64,000 bases of DNA from Eledone cirrhosa (taxonomy: Eukaryota), in contig CAXHJY010000105.1 of NCBI GenBank assembly GCA_964016885.1, positions 496,001 through 560,000 of the forward strand, given 5' to 3'. Positions 48,301 through 63,900 of this stretch are shown one piece after another (the stretch's first letter is position 1; each line of letters starts with the position of its first letter). The notes below the pieces were generated by a model. It did no database searches, was not told the DNA's origin, and worked only from the letters and a program-made list of their open reading frames with translations. The translations under genes and the position numbers were made by a program.

Positions 48301-49200
48301 CCTGACCTAACATAGGGATACAGAACACTTGACCGCACATAAGGATACAGAACACTTGACCTAACATAAGGATACAGAACACTTGACCTAACATAAGGAT
48401 ACAGAACACATGACCCAACATAAGGACACAGAACTCTTGACCTAACATAAGGATACAGAACACTTGACCGCACATAAGGATACAGAACACTTGACCTAAC
48501 ATAAGGATACAGAACACAAGACATAACATAAGCATACAGAACACTTGACCTAACAAGGATACAGAACACTTGACCTAACATAAGGTTACAGAACACTTGA
48601 CCTAACATAAGGATACAGAACCCTTGACCTAACATAAGGATACAGAACCCTTGACCTAACATAAGGATACAGAACCCTTGACCTAACATAAGGATACAGA
48701 ACCCTTGACCTAACAAAAGATACAGAAGAATTGACCTAACATAAGGATACAGAACCCTTGATCTAACATAAGGATACAGAACACATGACCTAACAAGGAT
48801 ACAGAATGCTTGACCTAACATAAGGATACAGAACACTTGACCTAACATAAGGATACAGAACCCTTGACCTAACATAAGGATACAGAACCCTTGACCTAAC
48901 ATAAGGATACAGAACCCTTGACCTAACAAGGATACAGAACCCTTGACCTAACATAAGGATACAGAACCCTTGACCTAACAAAAGATACAGAACCCTTGAC
49001 CTAAAATAAGGATACAGAACCCTTGACCTAACAAAGGATACAGAACCCTTGACCTAACAAGGATACAGAAGACTTGACCTAACATAAGCATACAGAACCC
49101 TTGACCTAACATAAGGATACAGAACACTTGACCTAACATAAGGATACAGAACACATGACCTAACAAGGATACAGAACGCTTGACCTAACATAAGGATACA
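39360..49200. repeat. Domain IV: second, more diverged higher-order repeat family (4 recognisable copies)
   Basis: Family-specific variants: CAACTG at 39489, 41048, 44289, 48004; CAAGACATA at 40407, 41777, 44721, 48517; AGAAGATTTTACC at 40671, 42041, 45116; also GACCGCAC, GACCCAATAT and GGACACAG. Offsets are 1370/1559 bp and ~2943 bp. Confidence 0.88.
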
Positions 49201-52200
49201 GAACACCTGACCTAACATAAGGATACAGAACACTTGACCTAACGTAAGGATACAGAACACTTGACTTAACGTAAGGATACAGAACACTTGACCTAACGTA
49301 AGGATACAGAACACCTGACCTAACGTACGGATACAGAACACCTGACCTAACATAAGGATACAGAACACCTGACCTAACATAAGGATACAGAACCCTTGAC
49401 CTTACATAAGGATACAGAACACTTGACCTAACATAAGGATACAGAACACTTGACCTAACGTAAGGATACAGAACACTTGACCTAACGTAAGGATACAGAA
49501 CATTTGACCTAACGTAAGGATACAGAACACTTGACCTAATGTAAGGATACAGAACACCTGACCTAACATACGGATACAGAACACTTGACCTAACATAAGG
49601 ATACAGAACACTTAACCTAACAAGGATACAGAACACTTGACCTAACATAAGGATACAGAACACTTAACCTAACAAGGATACAGAACACTTGACCTAACAC
49701 AAGGATACAGAACACCTGACCTAACATAAGGATACAGATCACCTGACCTAACAAGAATACAGAACACCTGACCTAACATAAGGATACAGAACACCTGACC
49801 TAACATAAGGATACAGATCACTTGACCTAACCTAAGGATACAGAACACTTGACCTAATGTAAGGATACAGAACACCTGACCTAACAGAAGGATACCGAAC
49901 ACTTGACCTAACGTAAGGATACAGAACACGTGACCTAACATAAGGATACAGAACCCTTGAGCTAACATAAGGATACAGAACGGTTGACCTCACATAAGGA
50001 TACAGAACACGTGACCTAACATAAGGATACAGAACACCTGACCTAACATAAGGATACAGAACACTTGACCTAACATAAGGATACAGAACATTTGACCTAA
50101 CATAAGGATACAGAACCCTTGACCTAACATAAGGATACAGAACACTTGATCTAACATAAGGATACAGAAGGCTTGACCTAACATAACCATACAGAACACT
50201 TGACCTAACATAAGGATACAGAACACCTGACCTAACATAAGGATACAGATCACCTGACCTAACATAAGGATACAGAACACTTGACCTAACGTAGGGATAC
50301 AGAACACTTGACCTAACATAAGGATACAAAACCCTTGACCTAACATAAGGATACAGAAGAATTGACCTAACATAAGGATACAGAACCCTTGACCTGACAG
50401 AAGGATACAGAACACTTGACCTAACATAAGGATACAGAACACTTGACCTAACATAAGGATACAGAACACCTGACCTAACAAGGATACAGAACACTTGACC
50501 TAACATAAGGATAAAGAACCCTTGACCTAACATAAGGATACAGAACACCTGACGTCACATTAGGATACAGAACACTTGACCTAACATAAGGATACAGAAC
50601 ACTTGACCTAACATAAGGATACAGAACACTTGACCTAACATAAGGATACAGAACCCTTGACCTAACATAAGGATACAAAACACTTGACCTAACATAAGGA
50701 TACAAAACACTTGACCTAACATAGGGATACAGAACCCTTGACCTAACATAGGGATACAGAACACTTGACCTAACATAAGGATACAGAATCCTTGACCTAA
50801 CGTAAGGATACAAAACACTTGACCAATGATAAGGATACAAAACACTTGACCTAACATAGGGATACAGAACCCTTGACCTAACATAGGGATACAGAACACT
50901 TGACCTAACATAAGGATACAGAACCCTTGACCTAACATAAGGATACAGAACCCTTGACCTAACATAAGGATACAGAACCCTTGACCTAACGTAAGGATAC
51001 AAAACACTTGACCTAACATAAGGATACAAAACACTTGACCTAACATAGGGATACAGAACCCTTGACCTAACATAAGGATACAAAACACGTGACCTAACAT
51101 AAGGATACAGAACACTTGACCTAACGTAAGGATACAGAACACTTGACCTAACATAAGGATACAGAACACTTGACCTGACATAAGGATACAGAACTCTTGA
51201 CCTAACAAGGATACAGAACACTTGACCTAACATAAGGATACAGAACACGTGACCTAACAAAGATACAGAACACTTGACCTGACATAAGGATACAGAACCC
51301 TTGACCTAACAAGGATACAGAACACTTGACCTAACATAAGGATACAGAACACTTGACCTAACAAGGATACAGAACCCTTGACCTAACAGAAGGATACCGA
51401 ACACTTGACCTAACATAAGGATACAGAACACGTGACCTAACATAAGGATACAGAACCCTTGACCTAACATAAGGATACAGAACGGTTGACCTCACATAAG
51501 GATACAGAACACGTGACCTAACATAAGGATACAGAACACCTGACCTAACATAAGGATACAGAACACTTGACCTAACATAAGGATACAGAACCCTTGACCT
51601 AACATAAGGATACAGAACGGTTGACCTCACATAAGGATACAGAACACGTGACCTAACATAAGGATACAGAACACCTGACCTAACATAAGGATACAGAACA
51701 CTTGACCTAACATAAGGATACAGAACATTTGACCTAACATAAGGATACAGAACACCTGACCTAACATAAGGATACAGAACCCTTGACCTAACATAAGGAT
51801 ACAGAACATTTGACCTAACATAAGGATACAGAACACTTGACCTAACATAAGGATACAGAACCCTTGACCTAACATAAGGATACAGAACACTTCACCTAAC
51901 ATAACAATACAGAACACTTGACCTAACATAAGGATACAGAACACCTGACCTAACATAAGGATACAGATCACCGGACCTAACGAGGATACAGAACACCTGA
52001 CCTAACATAAGGATACAGAACACTTGACCTAACATAACCATACAGAACACTTGACCTAACATAAGGATACAGAAGACTTGACCTAACATAACCATACAGA
52101 ACACTTGACCTAACATAAGGATACAGAACACCTGACCTAACATAAGGATACAGATCACCGGACCTAACGAGGATACAGAACACCTGACCTAACATAAGGA

Positions 52201-55200
52201 TACAGAACACTTGACCTAACGTAGGGATACAGAACACTTGACCTAACATAAGGATACAAAACCCTTGACCTAACATAAGGATACAGAAGAATTGACCTAA
52301 CATAAGGATACAGAACCCTTGACCTGACATAAGGATACAGAACACTTGACCTAACATAAGGATACAGAACACTTGACCTAACATAAGGATACAGAACACC
52401 TGACCTAACAAGGATACAGAACACTTGACCTAACATAAGGATAAAGAACCCTTGACCTAACATAAGGATACAGAACACCTGACGTCACATTAGGATACAG
52501 AACACTTGACCTAACATAAGGATACAGAACACTTGACCTAACATAAGGATACAGAACACTTCACCTAACATAAGGATACAGAACCCTTGACCTAACATAA
52601 GGATACAAAACACTTGACCTAACATAAGGATACAAAACACTTGACCTAACATAGGGATACAGAACCCTTGACCTAACATAGGGATACAGAACACTTGAGC
52701 TAACATAAGGATACAGAACCCTTGACCTAACATAAGGATACAGAACCCTTGACCTAACATAATGATACAGAACACTTGACCTAACATAAGGATACAGAAT
52801 CCTTGACCTAACGTAAGGATACAAAACACTTGACCTATCATAAGGATACAAAACACTTGACCTAACGTAAGGATACAGAACACTTGACCTAACATAAGTA
52901 TACAGAACACTTGACCTAACATAAGGATACAGAACATTTGACCTAACATAAGGATACAGAACACTTGACCTAACATAAGGATACAGAACCCTTGACCTAA
53001 CATAAGGATACGGAACCCTTGATCTAACATAAGGATACAGAAGACTTGACCTAACATAACCATACAGAACACTTGACCTAACATAAGGATACAGAACACC
53101 TGACCTAACATAAGGATACAGATCACCGGACCTAACGAGGATACAGAACAACTTACCTGACATAAGGATACAGAACACCTGACCTAACATAAGGATACAG
53201 AACACTTGACTTAACATAAGGATACAAAACCCTTGACCTAACATAAGGATACAGAACACTTGACCTAACATAAGGATACAGAACACTTGACCTAACATAA
53301 GGATACAGAACACTTGACCTAACATAAGGATACAGAAGAATTGACCTAACATAAGGATACAGAACCCTTGACCTAATGTAAGGATAGAAAACACTTGACC
53401 TAACATAAGGATACAGAACCCTTGACCTAACATAAGGATACAGAACCCTTGACCTAACATAAGGTTACAGAACCCTTGACCTAACATAAGGATACAGAAA
53501 CTTGACCTAACATAAGGATACAGAACACTTGACCTAACAAGGATACAGAAGACTTGACCTAACATAAGGATACAGAACACTTGACCTAACATAAGGATAC
53601 AGAAACTTGACCTAACATAAGGATACAGAACCCTTGACCTAACAAGGATACAGAAGACTTGACCTAACATAAGGATACAGAACACTTGACCTAACATAAG
53701 GATACAGAACCCTTGACCTAACATAAGGATACAGAACCCTTGACCTAACATAAGGATACAGAACCCTTGACTTAATATAAGGATACAGAACACTTGACCT
53801 GACAAGGAGACAGAACACTTGACCAAACATAAGGATACAGAACACCTGACCTAACATAAGGATACAGATCACCAGACCTAACGAGGATACAGAACACCTG
53901 ACCTAACATAAGGATACAGAACACCTGACCTGACATAAGGATACAGAACACTTGACCTAACATAAGGATACAAAACCCTTGACCTAACATAAGGATACAG
54001 AAGAATTGACCTAACATAAGGATACAGAACCCTTGACCTAACATAAGGATACAGAACACTTGACCTAACATAAGGATACAGAACACCTGACCTAACAAGG
54101 ATACAGAACACTTGACCTAACATAAGGATACAAAACCCTTGACCTAACATAAGGATACAGAAGAATTGACCTAACATAAGGATACAGAACCCTTGACCTG
54201 ACATAAGGATACAGACCACTTGACCTAACATAAGGATACAGAACACTTGACCTAACATAAGGATACAGAACACCTGACCTAACAAGGATACAGAACACTT
54301 GACCTAACATAAGGATACAGAACCCTTGACCTAACATAAGGATACAGAACACCTGACCTCACATTAGGATACAGAACACTTGACCTAACATAAGGATACA
54401 GAACACTTGACCTAACATAAGGATACAGAACACTTGACCTAACATAAGGATACAGAACCCTTGACCTAACATAAGGATACAGAACACTTGACCAAACATA
54501 AGGATACAGAACACTTGACCAAACATAAGGATACAGAACACTTGACCTAACATAAGGATACAGAACACTTGACCTAAATATAAGGATACAGAACACTTGA
54601 CCTGACATAAGGATACAGAACAGTTGACCTAACATAAGGATGCAGAACACTTGACCTAACATAAGGATACATAACACTTGACCTAACATAGGGATACAGA
54701 ACACTTGACCTAACATAAGGATACAGAACATTTGACCTAACATAAGGATACAGAACCCTTGACCGAACATAAAGATACAGAACCCTTGACCTAACATAAG
54801 GATACAGAACCCTTGATCTAACATAAGGATACAGAAGACTTGACCTAACATAACCATACAGAACACTTGACCTAACATAAGGATACAGAACACCTGACCT
54901 AACGAGGATACAGAACACCTGACCTAACATAAGGATACAGAACACCTGACCTGACATAAGGATACAGAACACTTGACCTGACATAAGGATACAGAACACT
55001 TGACTTAACATAAGGATACAGAACACTTGACTTAACATAAGGATACAGAACACTTGACCTAACATAAGGATACAGAATCCTTGTCCTAACGTAAGGATAC
55101 AAAACACTTGACCTATCATAAGGATACAAAACACTTGACCTAACATAGGGATACAGAACCCTTGACCTAACATAGGGATACAGAACACATGACCTAACAT

Positions 55201-58200
55201 AAGGATACAGAACACTTGACCTAACATAAGGATACAGAAGACATGACCTGACATAAGGATACAGAACACTTGACCTAACATAAGGATACAGAACACTTGA
55301 CCTAACATAAGGATACAGAACACTTGACCTAACATAAGGATACAGAACCCTTGACCTAACATAAGGATACAGAACCCTTGACCTAACGTAAGGATACAAA
55401 ACACTTGGCCTAACATAAGGATACAAAACACTTGACCTAACATAGGGATACAGAACACTTGACCTAACATAGGGATACAGAACACTTGACATAACATAAG
55501 GATACAGAACCCTTGACCTAACATAAGGATACAGAACTCTTGACCTAACATAATGATAGAGAACACTTGACCAAACATAAGGATACAGAACACTTGACCT
55601 AACATAAGGATACAGAACACTTGACCTAAATATAAAGATACAGAACAATTGACCTGACATAAGGATACAGAACAGTTGACCTAACATAAGGATGCAGAAC
55701 ACTTGACCTAACATAAGGATACATAACACTTGATCTAACATAAGGATACAGAACACTTGACATAACATAAGGATACAGAACATTTGACCTAACATAAGGA
55801 TACAGAACCCTTGACCTAACATAAGGATACAGAACCCTTGACCTAACATAAGGATACAGAACACCTGACCTAACAAAGATACAGAACACCTGACCTAACA
55901 AAGATACAGAACACCTGACCTAACATAGGGATACAGAACACTTGACCCAACATAAGGATACAGAAGACTTGACCTAACATAAGGACACAGAACACCTGAC
56001 CTAACATAAGGATACAGATCACCGGACCTAACGAGGATACAGAACACCTGACCTAACATAAGGATACAGAACACTTGACCTAACATAAGGATACAGAACA
56101 GTTGACCTAACATAAGGATACAGAACGCTTGACCTAACATAAGGATACAAAACACTTGACCTAACATAAGGATACAAAACACTTGACCTAACATAGGGAT
56201 ACAGAACCCTTGACCTAACATAGGGATACAGAACACTTGACCTAACATAAGGATACAGAACCCTTGACCTAACATAAGGATACAGAACCCTTGACCTAAG
56301 ATAAGGATACAGAACCCTTGACCTAACATAATGATACAGAACACTTGACCTAACATAAGGATACAGAATCCTTGACCTAACGTAAGGATACAAAACACTT
56401 GACCTATCATAAGGATACAAAACACTTGACCTAACATAGGGATACAAAACCCTTGACCTAACATAGGGATACAGAACACATGACCTAACATAAGGATACA
56501 GAACACTTGACCTAACATAAGGATACAGAACACCTGACCTAACAAGGATACAGAACACTTGACCTAACATAAGGATAAAGAACCCTTGACCTAACATAAG
56601 GATACAGAACACCTGACCTCACATTAGGATACAGAACACTTGACCTAACATAAGGATACAGAACACTTGACCTAACATAAGGATACAGAACACTTGACCT
56701 AACGTAAGGATACAGAACCCTTGACCTAACGTAAGGATACAAAACACTTGACCTAACATAAGGATACAAAACACTTGACCTAACATAGGGATACAGAACC
56801 CTTGACCTAACATAGGGATACAGAACCCTTGACCTAACATAAGGATACAGAACCCTTGACCTAACATAAGGATACAGAACCCTTGACCTAACATAATGAT
56901 ACAGAACACTTGACCTAACAAGGATACAGAACCCTTGACCTAAGACAAGGATACCGAACACTTGACCTAACATAAGGATACAGAACACGTGACCTAACAT
57001 AAGGATACAGAACACTTGACCTAACGTAAGGATACAGAACCCTTGACCTGACATAAGGATACAGAACACTTGACCTAACATAAGGATACAGAACACTTGA
57101 CCTAACGTAAGGATACAGAACCCTTGACCTGACATAAGGATACAGAACACTTGACCTAACATAAGGATACAGAACAACTTACCTGATATGAGGATACAGA
57201 ACACTTGACTTAACGTAAGGATACAGAATACTTGACCTAACGTAAGGATACAGAACACTTGACCTAACATAAGGATACAAAACCCTTGACCTGACATAAG
57301 GATACAGAACACTTGACCTAACATAAGGATACAGAACACTTGACCTAACATAAGGATACAGAACACCTGACCTAACAAGGATACAGAACACTTGACCTAA
57401 CATAAGGATAAAGAACCCTTGACCTAACATAAGGATACAGAACACCTGACGTCACATTAGGATACAGAACACTTGACCTAACATAAGGATACAGAACACT
57501 TGACCTAACATAAGGATACAGAACACTTGACCTAACATAAGGATACAGAACCCTTGACCTAACATAAGGATACAAAACACTTGACCTAACATAAGGATAC
57601 AAAACACTTGACCTAACATAGGGATACAGAACACTTGACCTAACATAAGGATACAGAAGCCTTGACCTAACATAAGGATACAGAACCCTTGACCTAACAT
57701 AAGGATACAGAAGCCTTGACCTAACATAAGGATACAGAAGCCTTGACCTAACATAAGGATACAGAACACTTGACCTAACATAAGGATACAGAAGCCTTGA
57801 CCTAACATAAGGATACAGAACACTTGACCTAACATAAGGATACAGAAGCCTTGACCTAAGATAAGGATACAGAACCCTTGACCTAACATAAGGATACAGA
57901 ACCCTTGACCTAACGTAAGGATACAAAACACTTGACCTAACATAAGGATACAGAACACTTGACCTGACATAAGGATACAGAACACGCGACCTAACATAAA
58001 GATACAGAACACTTGACCTGACATAAGGATACAGAACCCTTGACCTAACAAGGATACAGAACACTTGACCTAACATAAGGATACAGAACACTTGACCTAA
58101 CATAAGGATACAGAACACCTGACCTAACATAAGGATACAGAACACTTGATCTAACGTAAGGATACAGAACATTTGACCTAACATAAGGATACAGAACCCT

Positions 58201-58937
58201 TGACCTAACATAAGGATACAGAACCCTTGACCTAACATAAGGATACGGAACCCTTGATCTAACATAAGGATACAGAACACTTGACCTAACATAAGGATAC
58301 AGAACCCTTGACCTAACATAAGGATACAGAACCCTTGACCTAACATAAGGATACAGAACACTTGACCTAACATAAGGATACAGAACCCTTGACCTAACAT
58401 AGGGATACAGAACACTTGACCTAACATAAGGATACAGAACCCTTGACCTAACATAAGGATACAGAACCCTTGACCTAACATAAGGATACAGAACACATGA
58501 CCTAACAAGGATACAGAACACTTGACCTAACATAAGGATACAGAACACTTGACCTAATATAAGGATACAGAACACTTGACCTGACATAAGGATACAGAAC
58601 ACTTGACCTAACATAAAGTTACAGAACACTTGACCTGACATAAGGATACAGAACCCTTGACCTAACAAGGATACAGAACACTTGAACTAACATAAGGATA
58701 CAGAACCCTTGACCTAACATAAGGATACAGAACACTTGACCTAACATAAGGATACAGAACACTTGACCTAATATAAGGATACAGAACACTTGACCTAACA
58801 TAAGGATACAGAACACGTGACCTAACATAAAGATACAGAACACTTGACCTGACATAAGGATACAGAACCCTTGACCTAACAAGGATACAGAACACTTGAC
58901 CTAACATAAGGATACAGAACACCTGACCTAACATAAA

Positions 58938-59656
58938 GATACAGAACACTTGACCTGACATAAGGATACAGAACACTTGACCTAACATAAGGATACAGAA
59001 CCCTTGACCTAACATAAGGATACAGAACACTTGACCTAACATAAGGATACAGAACACTTGACCTAAATATAATGATACAGAACACTTGACCTGACATAAG
59101 GATACAGAACCCTTGACGTAACAAGGATACAGAACACTTGACCTAACATAAGGATACAGAACCCTTGACCTACATAAGGATACAGAACACTTGACCTAAC
59201 ATAGGGATACAGAACTCTTGACCTAACATAGGGATACAGAACACTTGACTCAACATAAGGAGACAGAACACTTGACCTAAATATAAGGATACAGAACACT
59301 TGACCTGACATAAGGATACAGAACACTTGACCTAACATAAGGATACAGAACCCTTGACCTAACATAAGGATACAGAACACTTGACCTAACATAAGGATAC
59401 AGAACACTTGACCTAAATATAATGATACAGAACACTTGACCTGACATAAGGATACAGAACCCTTGACGTAACAAGGATACAGAACACTTGACCTAACATA
59501 AGGATACAGAACCCTTGACCTACATAAGGATACAGAACACTTGACCTAACATAGGGATACAGAACTCTTGACCTAACATAGGGATACAGAACACTTGACT
59601 CAACATAAGGAGACAGAACACTTGACCTAAATATAAGGATACAGAACACTTGACCT
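58938..59656. repeat. Tandem duplication of a 350-bp (13-monomer) block
   Basis: Private variants are paired at +350: TAAATATAATGAT 59064/59414, GACGTAACAAGG 59115/59465, TGACTCAACATAAGGAGAC 59246/59596. Confidence 0.92.
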
Positions 59657-61020
59657 AACCTAAGGATACAGAACACTTGACCTAACATAAGGATACAGAA
59701 CACTTGACCTAACATAAGGATACAGAACATTTGACCTAACATAAGGATACAGAACCCTTGACCTAACATAAGGATACAGAAGAATTGACCTAACATAAGG
59801 ATACAGAACCCTTGACCTGACATAAGGATACAGAACACTTGACTTAACGTAAGGATACAGAACACTTGACCTAACGTAAGGATACAGAACACTTGACCTG
59901 ACATAAGGATACAAAACCCTTGACCTAACATAAGGATACAGAAGAATTGACCTAACATAAGGATACAGAACCCTTGACCTGACATAAGGATACAGAACAC
60001 TTGACCTAACATAAGGATACAGAACACCTGACCTAACAAGGATACAGAACACTTGACCTAACATAAGGATACAGAACCCATGACCTAACATAAGGATACA
60101 GAAGAATTGACCTAACATAAGGATACAGAACCCTTGACCTGACATAAGGATACAGAACACTTGACCTAACATAAGGATACAGAACACTTGACCTAACATA
60201 AGGATACAGAACACCTGACCTAACAAGGATACAGAACACTTGACCTAACATACGGATACAGAACCCTTGACCGCACATAAGGATACAGAACACTTGACCT
60301 CACATTAGGATACAGAACACTTGACCTAACATAAGGATACAGAACACTTGACCTAACATAAGGATACAGAACCCTTGACCTAACATAAGGATACAGAACC
60401 CTTGACCTAACATAAGGATACAAAACACTTGACCTAACATAAGGATACAAAACACTTGACCTAACATAAGGATACAAAACACTTGACCTAACATAGGGAT
60501 ATAGGGATACAGAACCCTTGACCTAACATAGGGATACAGAACACTTGACCTAACATAAGGATACAGAACCCTTGACCTAACATAAGGATACAGAACCCTT
60601 GACCTAACATAAGGATACAGAACCCTTGACCTAACGTAAGGATACAAAACACTTGACCTAACATAAGGATACAAAACACTTGACCTAACATAGGGATACA
60701 GAACCCTTGACCTAACATAGGGATACAGAACCCTTGACCTAACATAAGGATACAAAACACTTGACCTAACATAAGGATACAAAACACTTGACCTAACATA
60801 AGGATACAAAACACTTGACCTAACATAAGGATACAAAACACTTGACCTAACATAAGGATACAGAACACTTGACCTAACATAAGGATACAGAACCCTTGAC
60901 CTAACATAAGGATACAGAACCCTTGACCTAACGTAAGGATACAAAACACTTGACCTGACATAAGGATACAGAACCCTTGACCTAACAAGGATACAGAACA
61001 CTTGACCTAACAAGGATACA

Positions 61021-63900
61021 GAACCCCTGACCTAACATAAGGATACAGAAGAATTGACCTAACATAACCATACAGAACACTTGACCTAACATAAGGATAC
61101 AGAACACCTGACATAACATAAGGATACAGAACAACTTACCTGACATAAGGATACAGAACACTTGACTTAACGTAAGGATACAGAACACTTGACCTAACGT
61201 AAGGATACAGAACACTTGACCTAACATAAGGATACAAAACCCTTGACCTAACATAAGGATACAGAAGAATTGACCTAACATAAGGATACAGAACCCTTGA
61301 CCTGACATAAGGATACAGAACACTTGACCTAACATAAGGATACAGAACACTTGACCTAACATAAGGATACAGAACACCTGACCTAACAAGGATACAGAAC
61401 ACTTGACCTAACATAAGGATACAGAACCCTTGACCTAACATAAGGATACAGAACCCTTGACCTAACATAAGGATACAAAACCCTTGACAAAACATAAGGA
61501 TACAGAACACCTGACCTCACATTAGGATACAGAACACTTGACCTAACATAAGGATACAGAAAACTTGACCTAACATAAGGATACAGAACACTTGACCTAA
61601 CATAAGGATACAGAACCCTTGACCTAACGTAAGGATACAAAACACTTGACCTAACATAAGGATACAAAACACTTGACCTAACATAGGGATACAGAACCCT
61701 TGACCTAACAGGGATACAGAACACTTGACCTAACATAAGGATACAGAACCCTTGACCTAACATAAGGATACAGAACCCTTGACCTAACATAATGATACAG
61801 AACACTTGACCTAACATAAGGATACAGAACCCTTGACCTAACGTAAGGATACAAAACACTTGACCTAACATAAGGATACAAAATACTTGACCTAACATAG
61901 GGATACAGAACCCTTGACCTAACATAGGGATACAGAACACTTGACCTAACATAAGGATACAGAAACTTGACCTAACATAAGGATACAGAACACTTGACCT
62001 AATATAAGGATACAGAACACTTGACCTAACATAAGGATACAGAACACGTGACCTAACATAAAGATACAGAACACTTGACCTGACATAAGGATACAGAACC
62101 CTTGACCTAACAAGGATACAGAACACTTGACCTAACATAAGGATAGGGAACACTTGACCTAACATAAGGATACAGAACACGTGACCTAACATAAGGATAC
62201 AGAACACTTGACCTAACATAAGGATACAGAACCCTTGACCTAACAAGGATACAGAACACTTGACCTAACATAAGGATACAGAACACTTGACCTAAATATA
62301 AGGATACAGAACACTTGACCTGACATAAGGATACAGAACAGTTGACCTAACATAAGGATGCAGAACACTTGACCTAACAAGGATACAGAACACTTGACCT
62401 AACATAAGGATACAGAACACTTGACCTAACATAAGGATACAGAACATTTGACCTAACATAAGGATACAGAACCCTTGACCTAACATAAGGATACAGAACC
62501 CTTGATCTAACATAAGGATACAGAAGACTTGACCTAACATAACCATACAGAACACTTGACCTAACATAAGGATACAGAACACCTGACCTAACATAAGGAT
62601 ACAGATCACCGGACCTAACGAGCATACAGAACACCTGACCTAACATAAGGATACAGAACACCTGACCTGACATAAGGATACAGAACACTTGACTTAACGT
62701 AAGGATACAGAACACTTGACTTAACGTAAGGATACAGAACACTTGACTTAACGTAAGGATACAGAACACTTGACCTAACATAAGGATACAAAACCCTTGA
62801 CCTAACATAATGATACAGAAGAATTGACCTAACATAAGGATACAGAACCCTTGACCTAACATAGGGATACAGAACACTTGACCTAACATAAGGATACAAA
62901 ACACTTGACCTAACATAAGGATACAAAACACTTGACCTAACATAAGGATACAAAACACTTGACCTAACATAGGGATATAGGGATACAGAACCCTTGACCT
63001 AACATAGGGATACAGAACACTTGATCTAACATAAGGATACAGAACCCTTGACCTAACATAAGGATACAGAACCCTTGACCTAACGTAAGGATACAAAACA
63101 CTTCACCTGACATATGGATACAGAACCCTTGACCTAACAAGGATACAGAACACTTGACCTAACATAAGGATACAGAACACTTGACCTAACATAAGGATAC
63201 AGAACACTTGACCTAACATAAGGATACAGAACCCTTGACCTAACATAAGGATACAGAAGAATTGACCTAACATAACCATACAGAACACTTGACCTAACAT
63301 AAGGATACAGAACACCTGACATAACATAAGGATACAGAACAACTTACCTGACATAAGGATACAGAACACTTGACTTAACGTAAGGATACAGAACACTTGA
63401 CCTAACGTAAGGATACAGAACACTTGACCTAACATAAGGATACAAAACCCTTGACCTAACATAAGGTTACAGAACACTTGACCTAACATAAGGATACAAA
63501 ACCCTTGACAAAACATAAGGATACAGAACACCTGACCTCACATTAGGATACAGAACACTTGACCTAACATAAGGATACAGAACACTTGACCTAACATAAG
63601 GATACAGAACACTTGACCTAACATAAGGATACAGAACCCTTGACCTAACGTAAGGATACAAAACACTTGACCTAACATAAGGATACAAAACACTTGACCT
63701 AACATAGGGATACAGAACCCTTGACCTAACAGGGATACAGAACACTTGACCTAACATAAGGATACAGAACCCTTGACCTAACATAAGTATACAGAACCCT
63801 TGACCTAACATAATGATACAGAACACTTGACCTAACATAAGGATACAGAACCCTTGACCTAACGTAAGGATACAAAACACTTGACCTAACATAAGGATAC
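61021..63900. repeat. Two related ~0.8-0.9 kb blocks (61.0-61.9 kb and 63.2-63.9 kb), offset 2.0-2.2 kb
   Basis: GACAAAACAT at 61486/63507 (+2021) and CAACTTACCTGAC at 61132/63340 (+2208). The 25-bp variant TAACAGGGATAC is present in both blocks. Confidence 0.8.
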
